DNA of 64,000 nucleotides from an uncultured Gaiellaceae bacterium (GCA_963744505.1 CAVUTL010000001.1:18664-82663); one strand, 5' to 3'; counted from the first letter of the stretch, positions 46,384-55,820 are shown. Notes: generated by a model not told the origin, from the sequence alone. Translations and numbers: made by a program.

Positions 46384-46497
46384 CTGCCCATGCGCTAAGC
46401 CCGGCATCCGCTCACGCGGATCCCGGGCGCGCGACGATCCCTAAAGCCGGCGGCTTCGCCGCCGGGCCATTGTGTCAACTCGACGTCGTCTCGTGCG

Positions 46498-47013
46498 CTA
46501 CTCCTGGGGTGAAACCGGGGCGCCTGGCCTCCCGTCCGGGTAGAGCGCGGCGAAGCGACGCGCGACCGCCGCAGGCACGAGCGTATCCACTTTGCCGCCG
46601 AACGACGCGATCTCTTTGACGCCGCTCGACGACACGAAGCTGTAGAGCGGGTTCGCCATGACGTACAGCGTCTCGATGTCCGGCGCGAGCTGGCGGTTGA
46701 GGTGGTTCATCTGGAACTCCCACTCGAAGTCCGAGGTGACCCGCAGCCCCTTCACCATCGTCGTGGCCTCGTGCTTGCGCGCGAACTCGACGACGAGCTC
46801 CGAGAAGACGTCGACGACGACGTTCTCGCATGTCGCGAGAGCGTCCTCGAGGAACGCGACGCGCTCCTCGACCGTGAACAGAGTCTGCTTGTGGGTCGGA
46901 TCGCGTACGACACCGACGACGACGCGGTCGAAGATCGCCGCAGCGCGACGGATGACGTCGACGTGCCCGTTCGTGACCGGGTCGTACGAACCGGGGCAGA
47001 TGGCTGTTATCAC
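46498..47013 (-). CDS. coaD: Phosphopantetheine adenylyltransferase
   Basis: VITAICPGSYDPVTNGHVDVIRRA...LVKGLRVTSDFEWE. The GTG at 47013 overlaps the rsmD stop (GTGA). Confidence 0.95.
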   Translation of the reverse strand: MITAICPGSYDPVTNGHVDVIRRAAAIFDRVVVGVVRDPTHKQTLFTVEERVAFLEDALATCENVVVDVFSELVVEFARKHEATTMVKGLRVTSDFEWEFQMNHLNRQLAPDIETLYVMANPLYSFVSSSGVKEIASFGGKVDTLVPAAVARRFAALYPDGRPGAPVSPQE

Positions 47014-47543
47014 CGCGCGAACACCGTAATCCGCGCGGAACCGTAGCGCCGCGTCGTGACGAGGTCGAGCGGAAGGTCGGGCTCGACGCGGTCGGCGGTC
47101 TCGACCACGACGAGGGCGTCGTCTGCAAGCACGCCGGGGATCAGCTCGGCGAGCAGGCTCGCCTGCTGCTGCCACTCGTCGTACGGCGGGTCGACGAGCA
47201 CGAGATCGAAAGTACGCCCTCGGGCGCGTTCGTCCCGCAGCGCTCCCGCGACGTCGCGAGTCGTGACGACCGCTCCGGTGAGTCGCAGCTTCTCCAGGTT
47301 GGTCTGGATCACACGCACCGCGTCGCGGTTGCTCTCGACGAAGACGCAGCTGTCGGCCCCACGCGACAGCGCCTCGAGCCCCATCGCCCCAGAGCCGGCG
47401 TAGAGATCCAGCACGGCAGCGCCCTCGACGCGACCGATCATCGAGAACGCCGCCTCCCGCACGCGGTCTCCTGTCGGTCGCGTGCGTGCGCCCTTCGGAG
47501 CCGCGATGCGATGACCCTTTCGCGATCCGGCAACGATCCTCAC
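47010..47543 (-). CDS. rsmD: 16S rRNA (guanine966-N2)-methyltransferase RsmD
   Basis: 177 aa with RPTGDRVREAAF, LDLYAGSGAMGLEALSRGA and LVDPPY. Confidence 0.9.
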   Translation of the reverse strand: MRIVAGSRKGHRIAAPKGARTRPTGDRVREAAFSMIGRVEGAAVLDLYAGSGAMGLEALSRGADSCVFVESNRDAVRVIQTNLEKLRLTGAVVTTRDVAGALRDERARGRTFDLVLVDPPYDEWQQQASLLAELIPGVLADDALVVVETADRVEPDLPLDLVTTRRYGSARITVFAR

Positions 47544-49639
47544 GACTCGCCGAGGTGCTCCGCCTCGCCGAGGAGGCGGTCGACGGCCTCGCCGAGGAGC
47601 CCGTCGGCCGGGATCGAGCGGGCGGCGTCGCGGGCGCGCTCCAGGAGGGCCCGGTCGCGCCGCAGGCGAACGAAGCGGAGATCGGAGTAGCCGGACTGGC
47701 GCGCCCCGAGCAGTTGCCCCTCACCACGGATCTCGAGGTCGCGCTCGGCGAGCTCGAAGCCATCGGTCGTCTCGACCATCGCCTCGAGCCGTTCGGTCGC
47801 GGTCTCGGAGAGCTCCTCCTTCGCACGTGACACGAGCAGGCAGTACGACTGCTCTGCTCCGCGCCCGACACGGCCGCGAAGCTGGTGGAGCTGCGCGAGA
47901 CCGAACCGGTCCGCTTCCTGGACGATCATGATCGTCGCGTTCGGGACGTCGACTCCGACCTCGATCACCGTCGTCGCGACCAGGACATCCAGCTCGCGGG
48001 CCTTGAACTGCGCCATCACGCTCCGCCGCTCCGCCGGGCGCAGCCGGCCATGGAGGCAACCGACGCGATAGCCGCGGAGCTCCGCAGCACGAAGCCGCTC
48101 GGCCTCCTCCTCGGCAGCACGGGCAACACGTGTCTCGGACGCCTCGATCAGAGGGCACACGACATAGGCCTGTCGGCCGTCGTCGAGGTGCCGACAGAGT
48201 CTCGAGTAGGCCTCCGAGCTCCGATCCTCGGTCACCCACGCGGTGACGATCGGCTTGCGGTCCGCAGGCGGCTGCGTGAGCTCGGAGACGTCGAGATCGC
48301 CGTACACGGTCAGCGCCAACGTTCGCGGAATCGGGGTCGCGGTGAGGTGCAGGACGTGCGGGCTGCGCCCCTCGACGAGCGCCGTGCGCTGCGCGACGCC
48401 GAAGCGATGCTGCTCGTCCACGACGGCAACGGCGAGGTCGGAGAAGTCGACCTCCTTCTCGATGAGCGCGTGCGTCCCGACGACCACCTGCGCGTCGCCC
48501 GAGGCGATGAGCTGACGCGCGGCGGCGTGCTCCTTGGCACGCAGCGAGCTCGTGAGGAGGGTGACGCGCACGCCGAGTGGCCCACAGAGCTCGTCGATCG
48601 TCAGGAAGTGCTGTTCGGCGAGGGTCTCGGTCGGCGCCATCAAGGCGCCCTGGCGTCCGACCTCGACCGCGCGCAGCAGGGCGTGCAGGGCGACCACGGT
48701 CTTGCCCGACCCCACGTCCCCTTGCAGGAGACGCTGCATCGGAACCTCGCGGTCGAGTTCCGCGTCGATCTCGGACGTCGCGCGCGCCTGATCGGCCGTG
48801 AGCGTGAACGGGAGCGACTCGCGATACCGAGTCAGGAGCTCGCCCGGAGCGCCGAGCTGTTGCGCGGAGGCGCTCGCACGCGCAGCCGCCGTCCGGAGGA
48901 GCGCCAGGCGCAGGACGAGCAGCTCGTCGAACGCGAGACGCACGCGCGCCGCCTCTGCTTCGGGCAGCGACCGTGGACGATGGATCGCAGCGAGAGCGTC
49001 GGCACGGAGCGGGAGGCGCTCGGACGCGAGGACGGCAGCCGGCACGTCGTCGCCGATGTCGCGCGCGAGCTCGAGTGCCTGGGCATGCACGTTGCGGAGC
49101 GTCTTCTGCGCCACGTCTTCCGTCGCCGGATAGACGGGAGCGAGATCACCGGGCTCCGCCTCGCCGTCCAGGTCGTACGAGGACACGGCAAAGCCGTGGC
49201 GGTTGGCGCGCCCGCGAATCCGCAGCGCGGTTCCGGGCACGAGCTTCGCCCCGAGCCACGGCTGGTTGAACCAGGTCGCCTTGATCTCTCCCGTCTCGTC
49301 GGCGACGCGTGCCGTGAGGATCTTGAGACGACCACGCCGACGGCTCGTCGCCGCCCGGACGACGACCTCGATGACCGCCTCCTCGTCGCCGAAGAGGTCG
49401 CAGATCCTCTTGGTCGGAGCAGGCTCCTCGTAGCGCCTCGGCGGTTGCCAGAGGACGTCCTCCACCGTCGCGAGGCCGAGCTTCGCGAGCCGGCGGGCGA
49501 TCGCCGGACCGACGCCCTGCAGCGACTCGACCGAGGCGACGAGACGATCCGACCTCGGCGCGGACCGCGGCCGCGGCCAGCGTTCAGGCGCGTCGCTGCC
49601 GGCGAAGCCGGCCTGCGCTCGGGCGATCGTCGTCCCCAT
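47540..49639 (-). CDS. recG: ATP-dependent DNA helicase RecG
   Basis: 699 aa, intact, with a wedge domain, GDVGSGKTVVA, DEQHRFGV and QLRGRVGRG. Confidence 0.95.
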   Translation of the reverse strand: MGTTIARAQAGFAGSDAPERWPRPRSAPRSDRLVASVESLQGVGPAIARRLAKLGLATVEDVLWQPPRRYEEPAPTKRICDLFGDEEAVIEVVVRAATSRRRGRLKILTARVADETGEIKATWFNQPWLGAKLVPGTALRIRGRANRHGFAVSSYDLDGEAEPGDLAPVYPATEDVAQKTLRNVHAQALELARDIGDDVPAAVLASERLPLRADALAAIHRPRSLPEAEAARVRLAFDELLVLRLALLRTAAARASASAQQLGAPGELLTRYRESLPFTLTADQARATSEIDAELDREVPMQRLLQGDVGSGKTVVALHALLRAVEVGRQGALMAPTETLAEQHFLTIDELCGPLGVRVTLLTSSLRAKEHAAARQLIASGDAQVVVGTHALIEKEVDFSDLAVAVVDEQHRFGVAQRTALVEGRSPHVLHLTATPIPRTLALTVYGDLDVSELTQPPADRKPIVTAWVTEDRSSEAYSRLCRHLDDGRQAYVVCPLIEASETRVARAAEEEAERLRAAELRGYRVGCLHGRLRPAERRSVMAQFKARELDVLVATTVIEVGVDVPNATIMIVQEADRFGLAQLHQLRGRVGRGAEQSYCLLVSRAKEELSETATERLEAMVETTDGFELAERDLEIRGEGQLLGARQSGYSDLRFVRLRRDRALLERARDAARSIPADGLLGEAVDRLLGEAEHLGES

Positions 49640-49674
49640 CGAACGCTTCCACTATAGGTCCCGCGTACGCGGGG

Positions 49675-50241
49675 CTAACCGTCTATTGCGAGCGTGTAGA
49701 GCCAGCCGGGCTGCCAGCGGAACGAGCCCTCGACCAGCTCTTCCAGCGGCGCCCCCTCGAGAACGTGGTCGAACGCCCACTTCGTCGCCGAGTGGCCGAT
49801 CACGATGATGCGGCGATCCGCATACCGGGGCGAGAGGTCCTGCAGGAAGCTCCGCACTCGCGCGACGACGTCGACGTAGCTCTCGCCGCCGGAGTACGGG
49901 TCGAGGACGTGCTTCGTCCGCTCGACTTCGAGCCGCGCCACCGCGGTACCGTTGAGCATCCCGTAGTTGCACTCGCGAAGGCGCCAGTCGTGGAAGATGG
50001 GCAGGCCGCGTCCGCCGAACGCGATCTCGGCCGTCTCGACGGCGCGACCGAGGTCCGAGCAGAACACGGCGACGAGCTCGTCCTCGGCGCGACGGTCGCC
50101 GAGCTCCCGCGCCTGCCGGCGCCCCAGCGGAGAGAGCTGCCCATCGAGCCAGCCCGAGGCGACCCAGCGCTCGTTGTCCGTCGTCGTCGAGTGTGTCTCG
50201 AAGACGATCTCAACCGATGACGCGCGCCTGCGCCGTGCCAT
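49675..50241 (-). CDS. Histidine phosphatase (phosphoglycerate-mutase-like) family protein
   Basis: 188 aa with an RHG-position variant (FETHSTT), LSPLGRRQA and VIGHSAT. Confidence 0.75.
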   Translation of the reverse strand: MARRRRASSVEIVFETHSTTTDNERWVASGWLDGQLSPLGRRQARELGDRRAEDELVAVFCSDLGRAVETAEIAFGGRGLPIFHDWRLRECNYGMLNGTAVARLEVERTKHVLDPYSGGESYVDVVARVRSFLQDLSPRYADRRIIVIGHSATKWAFDHVLEGAPLEELVEGSFRWQPGWLYTLAIDG

Positions 50242-50244
50242 GTC

Positions 50245-51108
50245 TCAATCCGTGTCTTGAAACCAGAAGAAGCCGACCGCACCCGGCCCCGCATGTGTGC
50301 CGACGACCGCTCCCAGCGTCGACGTGAACTCGATCTCCGCCTTCGGTCGCACGCGCCAGGCGAGCTCGGAGAGCGTGCCGACCCACTCCTCGGAGTCGGC
50401 ATGCGCGATCGCGACTCGAAGGCCGGGCTCGTCCGTGGTCTCCTCGGCGAAGCGGCGCTCGAACTCCGCCAGAGCCTTCTGCTTTCCCCGCACCCGCGCC
50501 GCGGCGATCACGACGCCGTCGTCGACGCTCAGCACCGGCCGCAGGTTCAGGAGCGAGCCGGCGATCGCCTGGGCCTTGCCGATCCGGCCACCACGCTGCA
50601 GGTACTCGAGCGTCTCGACCGTGAAGAGCACGTTCGAGTGAGCGTAGAAGCGGTCGACGAGCGCCGAGATCTCCTCGTCGGTCGTGCCACGCGCGAGCCG
50701 ACGCTGAATCGCGTGCGACAACATCGCGATCGCGAGCGACGCCGTCATCGAATCGACGACCCGTACCTTGTCGCCGCCGATCTCCTGCGCGGCGAGCTCA
50801 GCGCTCTGGAACGTCCCGGAGACCTTGGCCGAGACGTGGAGCGAGTAGATCCGCTCGTACGCGCCAAGCTCCTCGTAGGCCGTGACGAAGTCCTGCGGCG
50901 TCGGCTGCGCAGTAGCCGGCGTCACGGGTGATAGGCGGAGCTTGTCGTAGAACTCGGTCGGCCCGAGCTCGAGGTAGTCGCGGAAGGTCTCGTCGCCGAA
51001 GCGCACATACAGCGGCACGAACCGCATGTTCGGGAAGCGGGCCGGCGCGTCGGGATAGTCCGACGTCGAGTCGAGGACGATCGCCGTGTTCTCGCTCGTC
51101 AGGTTCAC
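50245..51108 (-). CDS. DegV family fatty-acid-binding protein (FakB-like)
   Basis: GTG 51108 with SD GGGAGG. Sequence VNLTSENTAIVLDSTSDYP...TAQPTPQDF...LHVSAKVSGTFQSA...GTHAGPGAVG. Confidence 0.9.
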   Translation of the reverse strand: MNLTSENTAIVLDSTSDYPDAPARFPNMRFVPLYVRFGDETFRDYLELGPTEFYDKLRLSPVTPATAQPTPQDFVTAYEELGAYERIYSLHVSAKVSGTFQSAELAAQEIGGDKVRVVDSMTASLAIAMLSHAIQRRLARGTTDEEISALVDRFYAHSNVLFTVETLEYLQRGGRIGKAQAIAGSLLNLRPVLSVDDGVVIAAARVRGKQKALAEFERRFAEETTDEPGLRVAIAHADSEEWVGTLSELAWRVRPKAEIEFTSTLGAVVGTHAGPGAVGFFWFQDTD

Positions 51109-51113
51109 GCACC

Positions 51114-51479
51114 TCACCTCCCTGCCGCTGCCTGGATGGCCCGAACGAGCGCGTCGATCCCCTCGTCCTTGCGCACGAGCGCAGCGCCTGCGCTCGACGC
51201 GGCATCGTACTCGTCTCGCCCTGCGGAGGCACTCAGGAAGACGACCGCGCCGTCGATGTCGGCCGCGACCTTCGAGCCGTCCACGTCGGGCAGCCGGTAG
51301 TCGAGCACGACCACATCCGGCAGGTGCTCGCGGTACGCCCGAACGGCCGAGGCACCGTCCGGCACGGCGCCGACGACGTCGAGCCCCGTCCGGGTGCCGA
51401 GGAGAAACACGAGCGAGTCGCGGTAGACCTCGTTGTCCTCGACCAGCAGGATGCGGATCGGCGACGCGGGCTCGGTCAC
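51114..51479 (-). CDS. Stand-alone response-regulator receiver domain (121 aa, no output domain)
   Basis: IRILLVEDNEVY (acidic pocket), VVVLDYRLPDVDG (phospho-acceptor Asp), VVFLSASAG (Ser/Thr position), LVRKDEG (Lys). The GTG overlaps the fakA stop (GTGA), and the gene ends 5 nt before the degV start. Confidence 0.85.
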   Translation of the reverse strand: MTEPASPIRILLVEDNEVYRDSLVFLLGTRTGLDVVGAVPDGASAVRAYREHLPDVVVLDYRLPDVDGSKVAADIDGAVVFLSASAGRDEYDAASSAGAALVRKDEGIDALVRAIQAAAGR

Positions 51480-53070
51480 TGAGCGACGAGCAGGAGCGGG
51501 TAGTGCGGCTGCCCGCCCTCGTGGATCTCCACTTCGAGGTCGGGATGGCGCTCCTCGAATGCCGCGACGAAGCCGTCGAGAGCCGGCGCATCCTCGCCGG
51601 TGAGGATGGTGAGGAAGCTCTGCCCGCCGGCGAGCACGCGATCGACGACCTCGTGCACCACGACGTCGAGATCCGGACCGGAGACAACGGCGACGTCGTC
51701 GACGAGCCCGAGGTATGCGCCCTCCTCGATGTCGATTCCGTCGAGCGTCGCGTTGCGCGACGCAACCGTGATCTCCCCCGTCGCTGCCCCGGCGAGCTCC
51801 TCGAGCATCGCGCGCTCGTTCTCGTCCGGCGGCACTGTGGGAAGGAAGCGCCCCATCGCGGCGAAGCCCGCCTGCACCGAGCGCGCCGGGACGACGCGCA
51901 CGTTCTTCTCGCTCATCGCCGCCGCCTGCTCGGCGGTGAGGATCACATTCGAGTTGTTCGGGAGGACGAGCACGTCGTCCGTGGGAACGGCCTCGATCGC
52001 CTCGAGGATGTCCTTGGCCGACGGATTCATCGACTGGCCGCCCTCGATCACGCGGGTCGCGCCGAGGCTCTCGAAGAGCCGCCGGTTACCCCGGCCGGGA
52101 CACACGGCAACGACGCCGGTCTCGAGCGTCGCGAGCGCACTGGACCCCCGCCGTCGAGGAGACGCTCCTCGCGCTGAACGGTCTGGTGGTGCATGTTCGC
52201 GATCTCCACGCCTTCGACCACGCCGACCGCCGTCCCGAGCATGAGCGCGTGCCCGGGGTCGTCGGTGTGGACGTGCACCTTGAGCGCCGTCTCGTCGCCG
52301 ACGACGAGGAGCGAGTCGCCGATCTTCTCGAGCTCGCCTTCGAGCGCGTCCTTGTCGAGCTCCTGGCCCTCCACCACGAACACCGTGCAGTAGCGGTACT
52401 CCGAGAGCTCCAGGTGGATGGCGTCGAAGCCGAGCGACTCCGCCTCGACCGGTGCCTCCGGGAGCTCCTCGCCGGTCGCGCCGTAGACCATGCCGCGTGC
52501 GATCTCGACGAGACCGGCCCCACCGGCATCGACGACGCCCGCGTTGCGCAGGACGTCGAGCATCTCGGGCGTGCGGGCAACCGCATCCTCGCCGGCCGCG
52601 AGGATCGCGCGAAGGAGGTCGTTCGGCGAAACGCGGCGGTGGTCCTTCCGCTCGCTCTCCTCGGCCATCTCGCGGATGACGGTGAGCATCGTCCCCTCGA
52701 CGGGACGCTTCACCGCGCGGTACGCCGCATCGCTCGCCCCGCGGAACGCTCGGCTGAGCAACGTCGCGCTCACACCCTCGTGCTCGCCGAGGACCTCGAC
52801 GAAGCCGCGCACGATCTGCGAGAAGATGACGCCCGAGTTGCCGCGCGCGCCCATGAGCGCAGCGCGCGTGACGTCCTTCGCGACCGCCTCGCTGTCGACA
52901 GCCGTGGACGCGTCGAGCGCCTCGACGATCGAGCGCAGCGTAAGCACGAGGTTCGTCCCGGTGTCGCCGTCGGGCACCGGATAGACATTCAGGTCGTCGA
53001 TCCGGCGTCTGTGCGCCTCGAGGTTCTGGAGCGCGCTGCGCGCCAGATGGCGGACGACCTCGAGCTCCAT
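51476..53070 (-). CDS. DAK2-domain protein YloV (FakA-like fatty acid kinase subunit), with a frame break in the C5 run at 52145-52149
   Basis: MELEVVRHLARSALQNLEAH...VYPVPDGDTGTNL...GARGNSGVI (DAK2) in ORF 52048..53424. The C-terminal half ...ALATLETGVVAVCPGRGNRRLFESLGATRVIEGGQSMNPS... is in ORF 51476..52105. Confidence 0.85.
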
Positions 53071-53424
53071 CAGTGCGCTCGCACGCCTTCGATGTGGACC
53101 TCGCAGGGACGCAATCGGGAGGCCGACCATGCGCTCGAGCTCGTACTGCACACGCGAGCGGACGGTCTCCGCCACCTCGGCGAGCTTCAGACCGTGCTCG
53201 ACCACCACGCGGAGCTCGACGACCAGTCCGTCAGGGCGGAGATCGACGTCGACGCCCTTCTTGATCCCCCACGGGATGAGGCGCGAGACGCGCCCCCGTC
53301 CCGCGAGCGCGACGACGCCGTAGCTCTCGGCCGCCGCCGCACCGACGATCTGCGTCACCGCGCTCGGCGAGACGGCGATGCGGCCGCGGTCGGTCGTGGC
53401 GATCACGAATGGCTCGCGCTCCAC
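53070..53424 (-). CDS. Asp23/DUF322 family protein (YloU-like), with a frame break near 53105
   Basis: MEREPFVIATTDRGRIAVSPSAVTQIVGAAAAESYGVVAL...VVELRVVVEHG...VQYELERMVGLPIA, then in the next frame EVHIEGVRAH-stop. That stop overlaps the fakA ATG (TGATG). Confidence 0.8.
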
Positions 53425-53455
53425 AGCGCGAGCCTACTACCCCGCGCGAGCGAGG

Positions 53456-53647
53456 CTAGACGGCCTTCTGGACCTTGCCGGCCTTGAGGCAGCGCGTGCA
53501 GACGTACGCCCGTGTCGCGTGGCCGTCGAGCACCACGCGGACGCGCTGGAGGTTCGGGTTGAAGCGTCGCTTCGTCGCGACCATGGAGTGGCTCCGGCTG
53601 TTGCCGAAGCCTGGCTTCTTCCCGCAGATGGCGCAGACCTTGGACAT
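53456..53647 (-). CDS. rpmB: 50S ribosomal protein L28
   Basis: [38 protein letters not shown]. Confidence 0.95.
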   Translation of the reverse strand: MSKVCAICGKKPGFGNSRSHSMVATKRRFNPNLQRVRVVLDGHATRAYVCTRCLKAGKVQKAV

Positions 53648-53693
53648 GCGGCCGAGGATGGTACCGATCCGGCCCAGCCCTCTGCCGCTCGTA

Positions 53694-53713
53694 GGGGCGA
53701 GGCTTGCCTCGCC
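53694..53713 (-). terminator. Hairpin after ribH; exact second copy of the 20302..20321 hairpin
   Basis: GGGCGAGGC-TT-GCCTCGCCC, 6 nt beyond the ribH stop at 53720-53722 and upstream of rpmB. Confidence 0.6.
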
Positions 53714-53719
53714 CTGGCG

Positions 53720-54526
53720 TCAGCGCGCCGCTGCGGCCCGGAGATGGGCGAAGAGATCCGCCATCTCGAGCGCACTGCGAACGGCTTCGGCACCCTTTCC
53801 GATCCGCGGCTCCGCCTGCTCGACGCGATCGAGTGTGAGGACGCCGAAGGAGACGGGGACCCCGGTCTCGAGGGCTGCCAGCTGGAGGCCGCTCGCCGCC
53901 TCGCTGGACACGTAGTCGAAGTGCGGCGTGTCGCCGCGGATGATGCAGCCGAGCGCGACGATGCATGCGAACCGCCGCGTCTTCGCGAGCGCGGTCGCCG
54001 CAAGTGGCAGCTCGAACGCACCGGGGACGACCATGATCGTGACCGCCTCCTGCCGCACTCCCGCAGCGGCGAGCTCGGCAAGGGCACCGTCGAGGAGCTG
54101 GGTCGTGACGCTTCCGTTGAAGCGCGACACGACGACGCCGACGGCTCGTCGCCCGCCCTCGGCGACACCCTCGAGCACGGCGTAGCCGTCCGGGATGTGC
54201 AGATCACCGGCGGCGTGCTCCTGTGAGAGCTCGACATGCATCGGCGCCTCGTCGACCTCGGCGGCGTCGGCTTCGGACGCCTCCTCCTCCTCAGCGGCCT
54301 CGGCGACCTCGACGACATCCGATTCGTCGTCCGTCTCGATCTCGACCGCCGTGGCGACGACGGGCTCGTCCAGCTCGGTCGTCGCGGTCGCCGTCCCCCA
54401 CGCCGGCGCCCCGTCGTCCTCGGCAACGTCGACCTCCAGCTCCTCTGGCTCATCGGCGCGCTCCTCCTCCCGCTCCCAGTCGTGGAGGACGTTCTCGCTC
54501 GTCGAGTCGATGTCGCGGCTGCTCAC
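53720..54526 (-). CDS. ribH: 6,7-dimethyl-8-ribityllumazine synthase with a 95-aa acidic N-terminal extension (alternative short start at ATG 54241)
   Basis: The core is VGVVVSRFNGSVTTQLL...VVPGAFELP...LGCIIRGDTPHFDYV...FGVLT. One open frame runs up to GTG 54526, which overlaps the ribBA stop (GTGA). Confidence 0.85.
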   Translation of the reverse strand: MSSRDIDSTSENVLHDWEREEERADEPEELEVDVAEDDGAPAWGTATATTELDEPVVATAVEIETDDESDVVEVAEAAEEEEASEADAAEVDEAPMHVELSQEHAAGDLHIPDGYAVLEGVAEGGRRAVGVVVSRFNGSVTTQLLDGALAELAAAGVRQEAVTIMVVPGAFELPLAATALAKTRRFACIVALGCIIRGDTPHFDYVSSEAASGLQLAALETGVPVSFGVLTLDRVEQAEPRIGKGAEAVRSALEMADLFAHLRAAAAR

Positions 54527-55806
54527 TCGGGATCCTCCGGCGCCGCGCTCTCGAGCCGTGCGCCCTGATGGTGGAGCTTCGTGATCGTGTGCCCGAGCTT
54601 CGCACGTTTCGCTTCGAGGTAACGCTCGTTCTCCGCGTTGGGCTCGACCTCGATGGGAACCTGCTCGAGGACCGTCAGCCCGTAGCCGTCGAGACCGGTC
54701 AGCTTCTGCGGGTTGTTCGTGAGGATGCGGATCGTGGTCAGCCCGAGGTCGGCGAGGATCTGGTTGCCGATACCCCACTCTCGCGAGTCGGCCGGGAACC
54801 CGAGGGCGAGGTTCGCCTCGACCGTGTCGAGCCCGTTCGCCTGCAGGTCGTACGCCTTGAGCTTGTTGAGGAGACCGATCCCGCGGCCCTCCTGGCTCAT
54901 GTAGAGCACGACACCGCGTCCTTCCTCCTCGATGCGCGCAAGCGACCGATCGAGCTGCTCGCCGCAGTCGCAGAGGAGCGAGTGGAAGACGTCGCCCGTG
55001 AGGCACTCGGAGTGCACGCGAACGAGGACGTTCTCCACGCCCTCGACGTCGCCCTTCACGAGCGCGACATGCTGCTTGTCCGTCAAGAGCTCGCGGTAGG
55101 CGACTGCCTTGAACTCGCCGAACTCGGTGGGAAGTCGGACGGTGACGGCGCGCTCGACGAGCTTCTCCCTGCGACGCCGATACTCGATGAGATCCGCGAC
55201 GGTGACCATCCTCAGCTCGTGCCGCTCGCAGAACGCGGTGAGATCCGGCACGCGAGCCATCGTCCCGTCGTCGTTCATGATCTCGCAGACGACGCCGGCG
55301 TGAATGAGACCCGCGAGTCGCGCAAGGTCGACCGCGGCCTCGGTCTGACCCGACCGCTGGAGAACGCCGCCCTGCTTCGCGCGAAGCGGGAAGACGTGCC
55401 CCGGTTGCACGAGGTCGTGGGTGACCGACCCGGGGTCGATCGCGACCTGGATCGTCCGGGCGCGGTCGTGTGCCGAGATGCCGGTCGACACGCCCTCGCG
55501 CGCCTCGATCGAGACGGTGAACGCCGTGCCGAGTGGCGTCTCGTTGTGGTCGGTCATCGGCCGGAGCTCGAGCTCGTCGCAGCGTTCGGGAGTGAGACAG
55601 AGGCAGATCAGCCCTCGGCCGTGGGTCGCCATGAAGGTGATCGCCTCGGGCGTGACGAACTGCGCGGCGATCGTGAGGTCGCCCTCGTTCTCGCGGTCGG
55701 CATCGTCCACGACCACGACGAAGCGGCCCGAGCGGATGTCGTCGATCGCCTCTTCGATCGTGGCGAAGGGCGAGGCCGTCTCCGGCGGACTCAGATCGGT
55801 TGCCAC
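54523..55806 (-). CDS. ribBA: Bifunctional DHBP synthase / GTP cyclohydrolase II
   Basis: 427 aa with [24 protein letters not shown] and CDCG. Confidence 0.95.
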   Translation of the reverse strand: MATDLSPPETASPFATIEEAIDDIRSGRFVVVVDDADRENEGDLTIAAQFVTPEAITFMATHGRGLICLCLTPERCDELELRPMTDHNETPLGTAFTVSIEAREGVSTGISAHDRARTIQVAIDPGSVTHDLVQPGHVFPLRAKQGGVLQRSGQTEAAVDLARLAGLIHAGVVCEIMNDDGTMARVPDLTAFCERHELRMVTVADLIEYRRRREKLVERAVTVRLPTEFGEFKAVAYRELLTDKQHVALVKGDVEGVENVLVRVHSECLTGDVFHSLLCDCGEQLDRSLARIEEEGRGVVLYMSQEGRGIGLLNKLKAYDLQANGLDTVEANLALGFPADSREWGIGNQILADLGLTTIRILTNNPQKLTGLDGYGLTVLEQVPIEVEPNAENERYLEAKRAKLGHTITKLHHQGARLESAAPEDPE

Positions 55807-55820
55807 GTGCGGATCGTAGC

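Noticed and set aside
46470-46476. A TTGACA box in the coaD-downstream insert, read on the minus strand, as a -35 element for an internal promoter.
   Set aside because: No TANNNT lies at 16-19 nt spacing. The nearest candidate (TAGGGA) is about 29 nt away, across the hairpin. A promoter call is therefore unsupported without TSS data.
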